Origin: Anaeramoeba ignava BMAN
Taxonomy: Eukaryota > Protista > Anaeramoebae
Reading direction: 5' to 3'
NCBI GenBank assembly: GCA_028826165.1
Contig: JAPDFW010000147.1
Span: 434,001-498,000, forward strand
DNA: 64,000 bases
The notes beneath the pieces were generated by a model, which had not been told where the DNA came from, did not search any database, and worked only from the letters and a program-made list of their open reading frames with translations. Below are positions 1 through 12,621 of this stretch, piece after piece. The translations under genes and the position numbers were made by a program. Position 1 is the stretch's first letter; every line of letters starts with the position of its first letter.

Positions 1-3000
1 ATCCAAAAATTGATGATTTGTTGGGAATATCGATTGAATTTGAATTTGAATTTGAATTTGAATTTGAATTTGATTTTAAATTTGAATTTGAATTTGAATT
101 TGATTTTAAATTTGAATTTGAATTTGAATTTGATTTTAAATTTGAATTTGAATTTGAATTTGAATTTAAATTTGAATTTGATTTTGAATTTGAATTTGAA
201 TTTAAATTTTCTGTTTCTTTTGTTTTTAATTTTTCATCAGTTGTTTTTTTCTCTTGATTTATAACTAAATTTTCTGTTTGTTCAACAAACTCAAAATCTT
301 CAATAACAACCATTTCTTCAGGTAATAAATTCAATTCAAAAAGAAGTAAAATGGAATTGATAATCATTTCCCAAGTTTCAGGTAAAATGGAATTAATAAG
401 ATGATTAATAATTTTGAAGTAGTTGATAATAGTATTTTGGTTTGTTTGACTTAATATTTGAAAATTTGAAATTTTAGAAGTATTAAAAATGGATTTTTCA
501 GCAATAACTTTTAATATATAATTAACTGGTTCTTTCATTTCTAAAAAATGTGAAATGTAGCAAAAAGAATAACAACTTTCTAAATATTTTTCCAATCTTT
601 GATCTTGTTCACCTTTTTCCAATACTAAAATTTAAAATTTAAAATTTAAAAAATTAAAATTAAATTTTTCTGATTAATAATAATTTTCATACTTATTGAA
701 ATGAATTTGAGAAAATAATTAATCAGTTTCGCAAAAAGATCTTTGTCATAATCAAATGTTTCTTTGGTTTCAAAAAAATCAAAACAATGGTAATTCATTT
801 CCCAAATGTTTTCTTCATCAAAAACTGGATATTCTTCTTTTCTTTTTGGTTGAATATTATTCAATAAATTTATCCAATAACTCCAATTAAATCCTTTTGA
901 ATCAATCAAGACTTGATTTGCAGGATCTGCTCCCATTCTAATTTCACAATTTTGAATAGAATCATACAAATTACTCAACAAATTAGGATCTATATTTTCA
1001 CCATTATTTAAATTTCTGTGATTCTTAATAAATTCCTCTTTTTTCATTTTTCTTTTGATATTTGAACTAAATAAATCAGTGTTAAGCATAATAATAGAAT
1101 AACACAAAACACAAACAACATCTCTTGAAAAAACAATTTGTGAGATATCAGTATCCTGATAAATCTTTGTTGAAAAGGCTTCCAAAATTCTTTCTATAAT
1201 TTGTGATTCTCCAATTAATCTAAAAGTGGATAAAAATGTTCTTGTTGATTGAATAAATGAAAATCCTTTGAAATTAAATGTATCAACAAATTCTGTTAAT
1301 ACTTCTTTGTTTTCTCTTTTGCCAATAAAATCTGTGATAAATTGTTTATTTAGATCTTGGAGAGTTCTAAATAAAATTGCAATTTCTTTTGGTGTTTTTT
1401 CTTTTGAAATGATATTTTTCTTTTGAAGAAACTTAATTCCTTTATCAAAATCATTTTCTAAAATTAAAGGAGCTTGAAATAATATTTTTTTCAATTCTCT
1501 TCTTTTGGAAAGAAAATCTATATTTAAATTATGATTTTGATTTTGATTTTGATTTAAATTTTGATTTTGATTTTGATTTTGATTTTGATTTTGAAATCTT
1601 TTTGATAATTGTTTAATAATAAATAATAAAGTATCAAAAGCAAGAAATTGAATTTTCGAAATTGATTGTTGATCTTGTTTGATTTTCTAAATTAATTCAA
1701 AAAATTAAATTAAATTAAATTAAATTTTTTTTTTTCTGTTGATAAATTATAAAGAAAACTAACATGAATAAGTAAAGTAAATAAAGTTTCAATAATATTT
1801 GTGCATTGGATATCACTATCATAATTCACAAAAATGTTCTGAAGAAATCCATCTAAAGAAACAACTTCACGAATGAAATTATGAACAAGTTCTATTGCAA
1901 ATACATCTTTTGAATTTTCTAAAATTGCAAGAATAAGATTGAATAAAGTTCCTGTTTGAAGTTTAAGATTTTTCCAAGAATATTGAAACAACAAAAAAAC
2001 AATGCGAAAAATCAACGAAAGAGTTGAAATTTGGTCTGTGTTGATATTCATAATTAAACATCTTGATAAATCATCTTGTGTAATATGTCTTAATTCAGAA
2101 AATTCACATATTTTTTCTTGACTAATTTCCAATATCAAAATTAATAACTGCAAAGTTTCATTAAGAAATGAATTATTTTTTGATTCAATTTCAGGATTAA
2201 TCATTGTGCATAAAAACCTGTAAATTTCACACAAAGATTGGTATTGCAAAATATCTGGTTCAGCTTCATTTTTGTCTTCATGGAAAATGAAACTGTTTTG
2301 GAATGGGTTTTCTTGTTTTTCAATCTGTATTTGTTTAAGTGTTTGAATTGAATTTCTTTTTGAAATTTGATTAAGTGATTGATTTGATTGATTTCCATTT
2401 CTAAGATTTGAAAATAAAATTGTAAGAATTTCCGACAAAGAATCATAAGATATTTTTCTGAGTAAATTTGAAACAGAAGGTTGATAAAAGATTCTAAAGC
2501 AAGTTTGAAGCATTTCAATGATGATTTGATGATCAAGAAACTTCATTGAAGGAGTATAAAAACAAAGCAATATAGTTTTAATAATATTCATCAACACAAC
2601 TTCATCCTGTTGAACATCAGTTGGTTGAAACTTGCAATTTGCAACTATTCTTGCTGTTGTTGATAATACATAATTGGATTCCTTTGTTTGCAGTTTTGGA
2701 AAAAAATACTTCAAATAGCAAGAAATTGCATTAAGTGATGCATTGATTATTAATCCACTTGATTCACTTGTTGATATTATTGCAAGAAAAGGTTGAAAAA
2801 ATCTTTTTAATGGAAGTGTTGATGGATTTTTTTGAAATGATTCAATGTTTGAAATTATTAAGTTATGTAATTGTGTTATATTTTCAATATGTGTTTCTTT
2901 TTCATTTTCTAATGTTCTATATCTTGTATTTTGTCTCATTATTGAAAGAACTTTATTTATTTCATGACAAAGAAGATAAATATTATTTTCTTCTTTATAA

Positions 3001-3008
3001 TTTTGCAT
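1..3008 (-). CDS. GBF1: Large Sec7-domain Arf guanine-nucleotide exchange factor, GBF1/Gea-like (3' end beyond the window)
   Basis: Exons 3008-1764, 1686-693 and 624-<1 join in frame through GT-AG introns 1763-1687 and 692-625. DCB-like N-terminus (CKFQPTDVQQDEVVLMNI), HUS box (IFVNYDSDIQCTNI) and Sec7 motifs FRLIGESQIIERILEAFS and LCYSIIMLNTDL. Confidence 0.9.
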
Positions 3009-3259
3009 TTTTAATTAAAATTTAAAATTTAAAAAAATGAAAATGAAAAAAATGAAAAATTAATTTTTTTGAAGTTATTATTTTATTTTTGGAATTGAAA
3101 TTGAAATTAAATGATCAATTAACAAAATCTTAAATTGATTTAATTATGAAAGAAGATCATTTAAAAGATTATCAAATTGGATTAACAAAATTCCCAAAAA
3201 AAAAAAAAGAAAAAGCAAAAAAAAAAAAAGAAGAAAGGAATTTTTTTCAAAATTAAGAG

Positions 3260-3997
3260 TTATTTCTTTTCAGCTGGTCCTGCTCCTTGAAAACCAGCAA
3301 TTAAATGAACTTATTTTTTTAAAAGAAAAAATGATAAAAATTTTATTTATAAAAAAATTATTTTTTTGGATTAAATAAATTGAAAATAATAATTTTTACA
3401 TATTCCTCCAATTATAACAAGAACTGCAGCAATTATAATAACCCAAACCCAAAAAGCTGGAATTGAAAAACTAAAATAAAGTTGAAAATTTTTTTAATTC
3501 AAAATTTTTTAATTTAATTTTTTTAATTCAAAATTTTTTAATTTAATTTTTTAAAATAAAATACACTATCCAAACAATTCCTCTAATTCTTAAATCATTT
3601 AATACAGGTCCAACAAGTGCAATCCAACAATTAGGCCATGGAATCTCTGTCATAATTATTGGTACACTAATAATTCTTTTTATATTTTTATTTTTTTTAA
3701 ATAAAGATCTTAAAAAAGGGATTAAATTTTTATAGTTACAAAGCATAAATTCCAAAACCAACTCCATAACCTCTATTAGCCCAAACAATTATTGAAATTA
3801 AACCAGTTACCATAAGACCAATTCCTCCAATTAAACCTTTTTTTTTAATTTTTCGATTTTATTTTTTACAATTTTCATTTTGTTGTTTTAAAAAAAAAAA
3901 ATCAAAAAAGAAAAAATTTAAAATAAAAAAAATCTTTTTGCTATTTACTGATCCATTTAGCAAATACTGCAAGTGATTCTGGTGATGCTCTTGACAT
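3260..3997 (-). CDS. Small multi-pass membrane protein, p22phox (cytochrome b-245 light chain)/TVP18-like
   Basis: Five exons (3997-3949, 3836-3740, 3675-3565, 3470-3400, 3309-3260) splice in frame to MSRASPESLAVFAKWISLIGGIGLMVTGLISIIVWANRGYGVGFGIYALIISVPIIMTEIPWPNCWIALVGPVLNDLRIRGIVWIVFSIPAFWVWVIIAAVLVIIGGIFHLIAGFQGAGPAEKK. This resembles recalled p22phox motifs FGAYSI..LEYP and [22 protein letters not shown]. The ORF track misses it. Confidence 0.65.
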
Positions 3998-4139
3998 TTT
4001 TAAATTGTGATTGTTTTATTTTTTTAAATTAAAAAAAATTGTAGAAAAAAGGAAATGAAAAAAAAATGAATTTTCTTATTAAAAAATTTTTTTCTTGTTT
4101 ATTTTTATTTTTATTTTTTGCTTTTTCATTTTTTTCTTT

Positions 4140-7000
4140 TCAATACAACTTTAAATACAACTTTATTATCAAATTTAAATACAAATTTAAATACAAATTT
4201 AAATACAAATTTAAATACAAATTTAAATACAAATTTAAATACAAGTTTAAATACAAATTTATTATCAAGTTTAAATGCAAATTTATTATTAAATTTAAAT
4301 ACAAATTTAAATACAACTTTATTATCAAATTTAAATATAAATTTAAATACAAATTTAAATACAAATTTAAATACAAATTTAAATACAAATTTAAATACAA
4401 ATTTGAATACAAATTCAGATACAAGTTTAAATACAAGTTTAAATACAAGTTTAAATACAAGTTTAAATGCAAATTTATTATCAAATTTATTATCAAATTT
4501 AAATACAACTTTATTATCAAATTTATTAATAAATTTAAATGCAAATTTATTATCAAATTTATTATCAAATTTATTATCAAATTTATTAATAAATTTATTA
4601 TCAAATTTATTATCAAATTTATTACAAATTTATTATTAAATTTATTAATAAATTTATTATCAAATTTAAATACAAATTTATTATCAACTTTATTATTAAA
4701 TTTAAATACAAGTTTATTATCAACTTTTTAAATACAAAATTTATTATTAAATTTATTATCAAATTTATTATTAAATTTATTATCAAATTTATTATTAAAT
4801 TTATTATCAAATTTATTAACAAATTTATTATTAAATTTAAATACAAGTTTATTATCAACTTTAAATACAAAATTTTTATTATTAAATTTATTATCAAATT
4901 TATTATTAAATTTAAATACAAAATTTATTATTAAATTTATTATTAAATTTATTATCAAATTTAAATACAAATTTAAATACAAATTTAAAAACAAATTTAA
5001 ATACACAAATTTAAAAACAAATTTAAATACAAAATTTAAATACAAATTTAAATACAAATTTAAATACAAATTTATTAACAAATTTAAATACAAAATTTAA
5101 ATACAAATTTATTATCAAATTTATTATCAAATTTATTATCAAATTTAAATACAAATTTAAATACAAATTTAAATACAAATTTAAATACAAATTTATTATT
5201 AAATATTATCAAATTTAAAAATATAAATTTATTATCAAATTTAAATGCAAATTTATTATTAAATTTATTATTAAATTTATTATCAAGTTTAAAATACAAA
5301 ATTATTATAAAATTTATTATCAAGTTTTTATTATTAAATTTAAATACAAATTTAAATGAAAGTTTAAATACAAATTTATTATTAAATTTAAATACAAATT
5401 TAAATACAAATTTAAATACAAATTTATTATTAAGTTAAATGCAAATTTATTATTAAATTTATTATCAAGTTTAAATACAAATTTAAATACAAATTTATTA
5501 TTAAATTTATTATCAAGTTTAAATACAAATTTAAATACAACTTTATTATTAAATTTATTATCAAATTTATTAACAAATTTATTATTAAATTTATTATCAA
5601 ATTTATTATTAAATTTATTATCAAATTTATTAACAAATTTATTATTAAATTTATTATCAAATTTATTATTAAATTTAAATACAAATTTTAAATACAAATT
5701 TAAATGCAAATTTATTATTAAATTTATTATCAAATTTATTATCAAATTTAAATACAAAATTTAAATACAAATTTAAATGCAAATTTATTATTAAATTTAT
5801 TATTAAATTTATTATCAAGTTTATTATCAAATTTATTATTAAATTTATTATCAAGTTTATTATTAAATTTATTATCAAATTTAAATACAAATTTAAATAC
5901 AAATTTATTATCAAGTTTAAATACAAGTTTAAATACAACTTTAAATACAAATTTAAATACAAATTTATTATTAAGTTTATTATCAAATTTATTATCAAAT
6001 TTAAATACAAAATTTAAATACAAATTTAAATGCAAATTTATTATTAAATTTATTATTAAATTTATTATCAAGTTTATTATCAAGTTTATTATCAAGTTTA
6101 TTATTAAATTTATTATCAAATTTATTATCAAATTTATTATCAAATTTATTATCAAATTTATTATCAAATTTATTATCAAGTTTATTATTAAATTTATTAT
6201 CAAATTTAAATACAAATTTAAATACAAATTTATTATCAAATTTATTATTAAATTTATTATCAAATTTATTATCAAATTTATTATCAAATTTATTATTAAA
6301 TTTATTATCAAGTTTATTATTAAATTTATTATCAAATTTAAATACAAATTTAAATACAAATTTATTATCAAGTTTAAATACAAATTTAAATACAAATTCA
6401 AATACAAATTTAAATACAAATTTAAATACAAATTTAAATAGAAATTTATTATCAAGTTTAAATACAAATTTATTATCAAATTTAAATACAAATTTATTAT
6501 AAAATTTATTATAAAATTTAAATACAAATTTATTATTAAATTTTAAATACAAATTTATTATCAAGTTAAATATAAATTTATTATCAAATTTATTATCAAA
6601 TTTATTATCAAATTTATTATAAAATTTATTATAAAATTTAAATACAAATTTATTATTAAATTTAAATACAAATTTATTATCAAGTTAAATACAAATTTAT
6701 TATTAAATTTATTATAAAATTTATTATTAAATTTATTATCAAGTTTAAATGCAAAGTTATTATTAAATTTAAATACAAATTTAAATACAAATTTAAATAT
6801 AAATTTAAATACAAGTTTAAATACAAATTTATTATCAAGTTTATTATCAAATTTATTATCAAATTTATTATCAAATTTATTATTAAATTTAAATATAAAT
6901 TTAAATACAAATTTATTATTAAATTTATTATTAAATTTATTATCAAATTTAAATACAAATTTAAATACAAATTTATTATAAAATTTATTATTAAATTTCA
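4140..7000. repeat. About 2.9-kb intergenic minisatellite made of two interspersed 12-mers (AAATTTAAATAC and AAATTTATTATY)
   Basis: Directly visible. It lies between divergent gene starts at 3997 (-) and 7108 (+). Confidence 0.95.
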
Positions 7001-7107
7001 ATGTCAAATTAATATTTAAATTTGAATTTGAATTTGAATTTGAAATTTAAATATTATTGAAAAAAATATTTTATAATTTATTATTCATTTCAAATTCAAA
7101 AAAAAAA

Positions 7108-8756
7108 ATGAACCAAATCAATGAAACTTTCATTTCAATTAAAAATTTACAACAAAATGTATTTTAAAATTAAAATTGATTTATTAAAATTAAAATTAAA
7201 TTATTTTTCTTATTATTAAGTATTCAGATATTCATAAAAAACATCAAAAAGCAATTCAAAAAAAAAATGAAACAGAAAATCTTCTTAAAAATCTTTCTAA
7301 ACAAGGAAAACAATTTCAATCAGAAATTATTCAAACTAAAATTTATAAATTGGATTGTTTACAAACTGAAAGAAAATTAAATGCAACAAAAGAAAATTCA
7401 GAAATTTTAATTAAAGAATTAGAGAAGAAATTTTCTGAAATTCAACAAAAACAAAATCAATTTGAAAATTTAAGAAAAAAAAATCAGTAAAAAAAAAAAT
7501 CAACAAATTAATTTTTAAAAAAAATTGGAATGAAAAACTAATCAATTTTTTTTTACCAAAAACAAAATTAAAGACAAGATTTAATTTCTTCACTTGATTC
7601 TTTTTCTTATAAAATGAATTCAAATTTTAAAGAAAAATATTTACAAAAACAAAATTTTGAACAAGAAAAAATTCAAAACAATATTAATGAACATTTATTA
7701 AATATTGAAAGAATTAATAATGAAATTGTTAATTTGGATGAAAATTTTAAAATTAATAAAAATCAACTTAAAATTTTACAAGAAAAAAACCAAAAATATG
7801 AAGAATCACTTGAAAATATTGAAAATCAAATTGATAAAAATTCTAAAATTTTAAAAAAATTAGAAGAAGATTATATTTTTAATTTGAATAATTTGCAACA
7901 AATTGAATCAGGAAAGGAAGAAGAAAGTCAAAAATTAATTGGAATGATAAAAAAAATTGAAGAAGAAAATCAAATTTTAACAGAAAAAATTTTATCAAAA
8001 AATTCGAATAGAAAAAGAGGTTTAGTTGAATTATCTTTTTCAAATGTTGATCAAAATTTGGATAATAATATTATTAATAATAATCAAGGATTGAAAGTTA
8101 ATATGTTTGAGAATCAAAAGAATTTTATTTCAAATAATTTTAAAAATTTATCAAATTTACAAATTAATTTAGCAGAACAAGCTATTATTAGTAAAGGAAA
8201 TTTATTTTTATCAAGGAATCCAAACAATTTAAATCAAAACAATTTAAATCAAAACAATTTAAATCAAAATAATTTAAATATTCAAAATAATTTAAATCAA
8301 AACAATTTAAATCAAAATTCTCCAAATCAAAATTCTCCAAATATTAAATACAATTCAATTCAAAATAATTCAATTCAAAACAATTTAAATCAAAACAATT
8401 TAAATCAAAACAATTTAAATCCAAGCAATTTAAATCAAAAAAATTTAAATATTAAATATAATTCAAATAAAAACAATCAATTTATTAAATACAATTTAAA
8501 TCAAAACAATTTAAATCAAAACAATTTAAATCAAAATAATTTAAATATTCAATATAATTTAAATCAAAACAATTTAAATCAAAATTCTCCAAATCAAAAT
8601 TCTCCAAATATTAAATATAATTCAAATCAAAACAATTTAAATCAAAACAATTTAAATCAAAACAATTCAATTCAAAACAATTTAATTCAAAACAATCAAT
8701 TTATTAAATACAATCCAAATGATTTCAAATCATCAAAATTTTTTTTAAACAATTAA
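7108..8756 (+). CDS. Hypothetical coiled-coil protein with C-terminal NLNQN repeats
   Basis: ATG at 7108 with two short GT-AG introns (about 7159-7220 and 7486-7572) leading into ORF 7614-8756. Heptad-rich K/E/Q/N sequence. Confidence 0.7.
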
Positions 8757-9014
8757 AATAGAAAATTTGGTTTTTTTTTTGATAAAAAAAGTTTTATTTT
8801 TCTTAAATGAGAAAAGTAAAAATAAATCAATCAATCAATAAATTCTTTTCCTTTTTTTTTTTTCTTTCTCTCTTGAAATAACTTTTCTCTTGATTTGTTC
8901 TTGAAAAAATTAATTACAAACAAAAAAAAAACAAAATTAGAAGAAAAATGAGAATTATTGAAAAAAAGAAAATAAAGATAAAAATAACTAATTTTTCTTT
9001 CTGAATTTTTTTTC

Positions 9015-9677
9015 TTAATCAAAAAGTGATTGTTCATCCCAAACTTCTTCAAGAACAGCAACAATAGAAGAAAGAGGAACTTTTTGGTTAAAAGGAGTAT
9101 CTTGAGCAAATTGAGATTTTAAATTTTTTAAATCTTGGTTTTTTTTTATATTATCAGATTGGCTTTTATTTGTTTTTTGTAAAGCTGTCCATTCTTTTCT
9201 TGTTTTTTCAAAATGTTGAAAACCTTTTTTTTAAAGAAAATTCAATTAAAATTCAATTAAAATTAAAATTAAAATTCATTTATAAAATTAAAATTAAAAT
9301 TAAAATCAAAATTAAAATTAAAATTAAAATTAAAATTAAAATTAAAATTAAAATTAAAATTAAAATTAAAATTAAAATTAAAATTAAAATTAAAATTAAA
9401 ATTTACCTTCATTAACAAAATTTAATTCTTCTTTGTTTTGTGGTTTTGCTATTTCTTGAATTTCAGTTACTTGACGTGATTTTTTTCTTTGGTGTTTATG
9501 TGTTCTTTTATATTTTTGAGGATTTGCTGAAACATCTGAAGAAGATGATACAAAATCTGATGATGTCATTAAGTTTCTTTCTAAATTAATGCTTGTTAAA
9601 AGATTATAAAATGCACTAAAAAATAACCCAAATAAACCAACTAAAAAGCGAAATGCTTTTTTGCCAATTTTTTTCAT
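9015..9677 (-). CDS. DUF4050 (Gag1-like clamp) family protein
   Basis: Two exons around an (AAAATT)n intron splice to FVNE-GFQHFEKTRKEW...PFNQKVPLSSIVAVLEEVWDEQSLFD*. This matches the family pattern FVNxGLxxWxxxRxxW...FxxPIPLxxMVxxLxxxWxxxxLYD. The exact start codon is uncertain. Confidence 0.8.
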
Positions 9678-10040
9678 TTTTTAATGAAGAAAAGAAAAGA
9701 AGAGAAAAAAAAATGAAAAAATGAAAAAATGAAAAAATGAAAAAATGAAAAATGAAAAATGAAAAATGAAATTAACATTAAAATTAAAATTAAAATTAAC
9801 ATTAAAATTAAAAATGAAATTAAAATTAAAATTAAAATTAAAATTAACATTTGAAATTAACATTAGAATTTAAAATTAACATTAAAATTAACATTAACAT
9901 TAACATTAACATTAAAATTAAAATGAAAAATGAAATTAAAATTAACATTTGAAATTAAAATTAAAATTAACATTAACATTAAAATTAAAATTAAAATTTA
10001 AAATTTTTCATTTTTTTTTTTTCATTTTTTTTTTCAAAAA

Positions 10041-11784
10041 ATGTGTGACGATGATGAAGATTATGGTGATTGTCCCATTTGGTTTAGAAAATCCATTTTT
10101 TATTCACCACCTTTTATTTTAGCATTTCTTGCTACTGCAACATATCGTTCAATTTTAATGACAAATACATTATATTGGGATGAAAAACCATTAATTGCTA
10201 AAATTACACTTTTTTCTTATCATTATTTTCTTTTATTATATTTTATTACACTTTATAAATCTGTTTTTACAGATCCTGGAAATGCAAAACGAGCAGTTTC
10301 TCGATTTGTAATTATTTTCAATTTCTTTACTTAAATACAAAATTAAAATCAAATTCAAATTCAAATTCAAATTCAAATTCAAAATCAAAATCAAAATTGA
10401 AATCAAAATCAAATTCAAATTCAAATTCAAATTCAAAATCAAATTCAAAATCAAAATTAAAATTAAATTCAAATTCAAATTCAAATTCAAATTTTAAATC
10501 AAAATCAAAATCAAAATCAAAATCAAAATCAAAAATCAAAATCAAAATCAAAATCAAAATCAAAATCAAATTCAAATTCAAAATCAAAATCAAAATCAAA
10601 ATTAAAATCAAATTCAAATTCAAAATCAAAATTAAAATCAAATTCAAATTCAAATTCAAATTCAAAATAAAAATCAAAATATAAAATCAAAATCAAAATC
10701 AAAATCAAAATCAAAATCAAAATCAAAATCGAATTCAAAAACAAAATTAAAATCAAAATCAAAATATAAATCAAAATCAAAATTAAAATTAAAATTCAAA
10801 TTCAAATTCAAATTCAAAAACAAAATCAAATTCAAATTCAAATTCAAATTCAAAAGGATATTGAAAATTATTTTGTTGAAGAAAAGAGATTTTGTAAATA
10901 TTGCCAAATTTTCAAACCAGAAAGAACTCATCATTGTTCACATTGTAAAATGTGTATTTTGAAAATGGATCATCATGTAGAAATCAAAATAAATCAAAAT
11001 CAAAATCAAAATCAAAATCAAAATCAAAAAGAAAAAGAAAAAGAAAAAAGAAATAATTTTTAATATATTTTTTCTTTTTTTTTGATAAATTAATTTAGTG
11101 TCCTTGGGTTTCAAATTGCATTGGATTTTATAATCAAAAATATTTTATTTTATTTTTATTTTATTCATTACTTCTTACAATTACAATTTCTATAATTGTT
11201 TTTATGTCATTTATAACAAGAACAGAAGAGAATAAACAAGATATTCAAATTAAAGTAGCTAAAAATTTTAATTCAAATTCAAATTAAAATCAAATTTAAT
11301 TCAAATTAAAATCAAATTTAATTCAAATTCAAATCAAATTTAATTCAAATTCAAATTCAAATTCAAATTCAAATTCAAATTCAAATTCAAATTCAAATTC
11401 AAATTCAAATTCAAATTCAAATTTTAAATCAAAATTCAAAATCAAATTCAAATTTTAAATCAAATTTAGAATTGTTATGGAACTTTTTTTGATTTTCTAT
11501 TGGCTTTATTATTTGTTGCTTTTTCTTTACCATTTCTTTATACTAATGGAAGAAGAGTGCTTAAAAATGTTACAGTAATTGAAGAGATAAAAAGTAGAAA
11601 TGAAGAAGAATTAAAAAAATATGATCTTGGAATTATCGAAAATATGAAACAAACATTAGGAACAAATTATTTTCTATGGTTTTTTCCAACTTATAAGAGT
11701 GTAGAAGGAGATGGATTTTTCTTTAAACAATCAAATAAAATTTCAATTAATGAGAAAAATTTAAAAGAAATTAAAATAATATAA
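10041..11784 (+). CDS. DHHC palmitoyltransferase
   Basis: Four exons. DPG motif and Cys-rich domain [28 protein letters not shown]|[16 protein letters not shown], with DHHC split by an intron. TTxE-like NVTVIE and YDLG..N...LG motifs. Confidence 0.95.
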
Positions 11785-11804
11785 AAGAAATTCCAGGAAA
11801 TTTG

Positions 11805-12525
11805 AAAAACAAATTTATTGAAAAATTTATTGAAAAATTTATAATTAAATTTATAATCAAATATATATTGAAATCTATATTCAAATTTATAATTAAATTT
11901 ATATTAAAATCTATATTCAAATTTATAATTAAATTTATAATTAAATATATTGAAAAATTTATATTTAAATTTATAATTAAATTTATAATCAAATTTATAA
12001 TTAAATTTATATTCAAATTTATATTCAAATTTATAATTAAATTTATATTCAAATTTATAATTAAATTTATATTCAAATTTATAATTAAATCTATAATTAA
12101 ATTTATAATTAAATTTATAATTAAATTTATATTCAAATTTATAATTAAATTTATAATTAAATTTATAATCAAATTTATAATCAAATTTATATTCAAATTT
12201 ATAATTAAATTTATAATTAAATTTATAATTAAATTTATATTCAAATTTATATTTAAATTTATAATAAAATTTATAATTAAATTTATAATGAAATTTATAT
12301 TCAAATTTATAATTAAATCTATATTCAAATTTATAATTAAATTTATATTTAAATTTATATTAAATTTATATTTAAATTTATAATTAAATTTATAATTAAA
12401 TTTATAATTAAATTTATAATTAAATTTATATTCAAATTTATATTTAAATTTATAATAAAATTTATATTAAATTTATAATTAAATTTATATTCAAATTTAT
12501 ATTTAAATTTATAATTAAATTGTAT
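11805..12525. repeat. Intergenic 12-mer minisatellite (AAATTTATAATT / AAATTTATATTC)
   Basis: Directly visible tandem 12-nt units. Confidence 0.95.
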
Positions 12526-12554
12526 ATTTAATAGTTAATCCAAAAAATAAATTT

Positions 12555-12612
12555 TTTTTCATTTTTCATTTTTTCATTTTTTCATTTTTTCAATTTTTCA
12601 TTTTTTTCAATT
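12555..12612 (+). promoter_or_regulatory. Tandem TCATTTT initiator (Inr)-like motifs upstream of the RabGGT-beta ATG (representative of most genes in the window)
   Basis: TTTTCATTTTT occurs about 5 times just before AAAAATG at 12622. The same motif precedes most other genes on their sense strand and resembles the trichomonad Inr TCAY(T/A). Confidence 0.65.
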
Positions 12613-12621
12613 TTTTTAAAA

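Noticed and set aside
4066-7007. Many ORFs encoding KFKY/LNLY/INL repeats, and similar ILIL/FDFD/KIKI ORFs throughout the track
   Set aside because: These are stop-free frames of intergenic or intronic micro/minisatellites, or antisense frames of coding repeats. They have no domain content.
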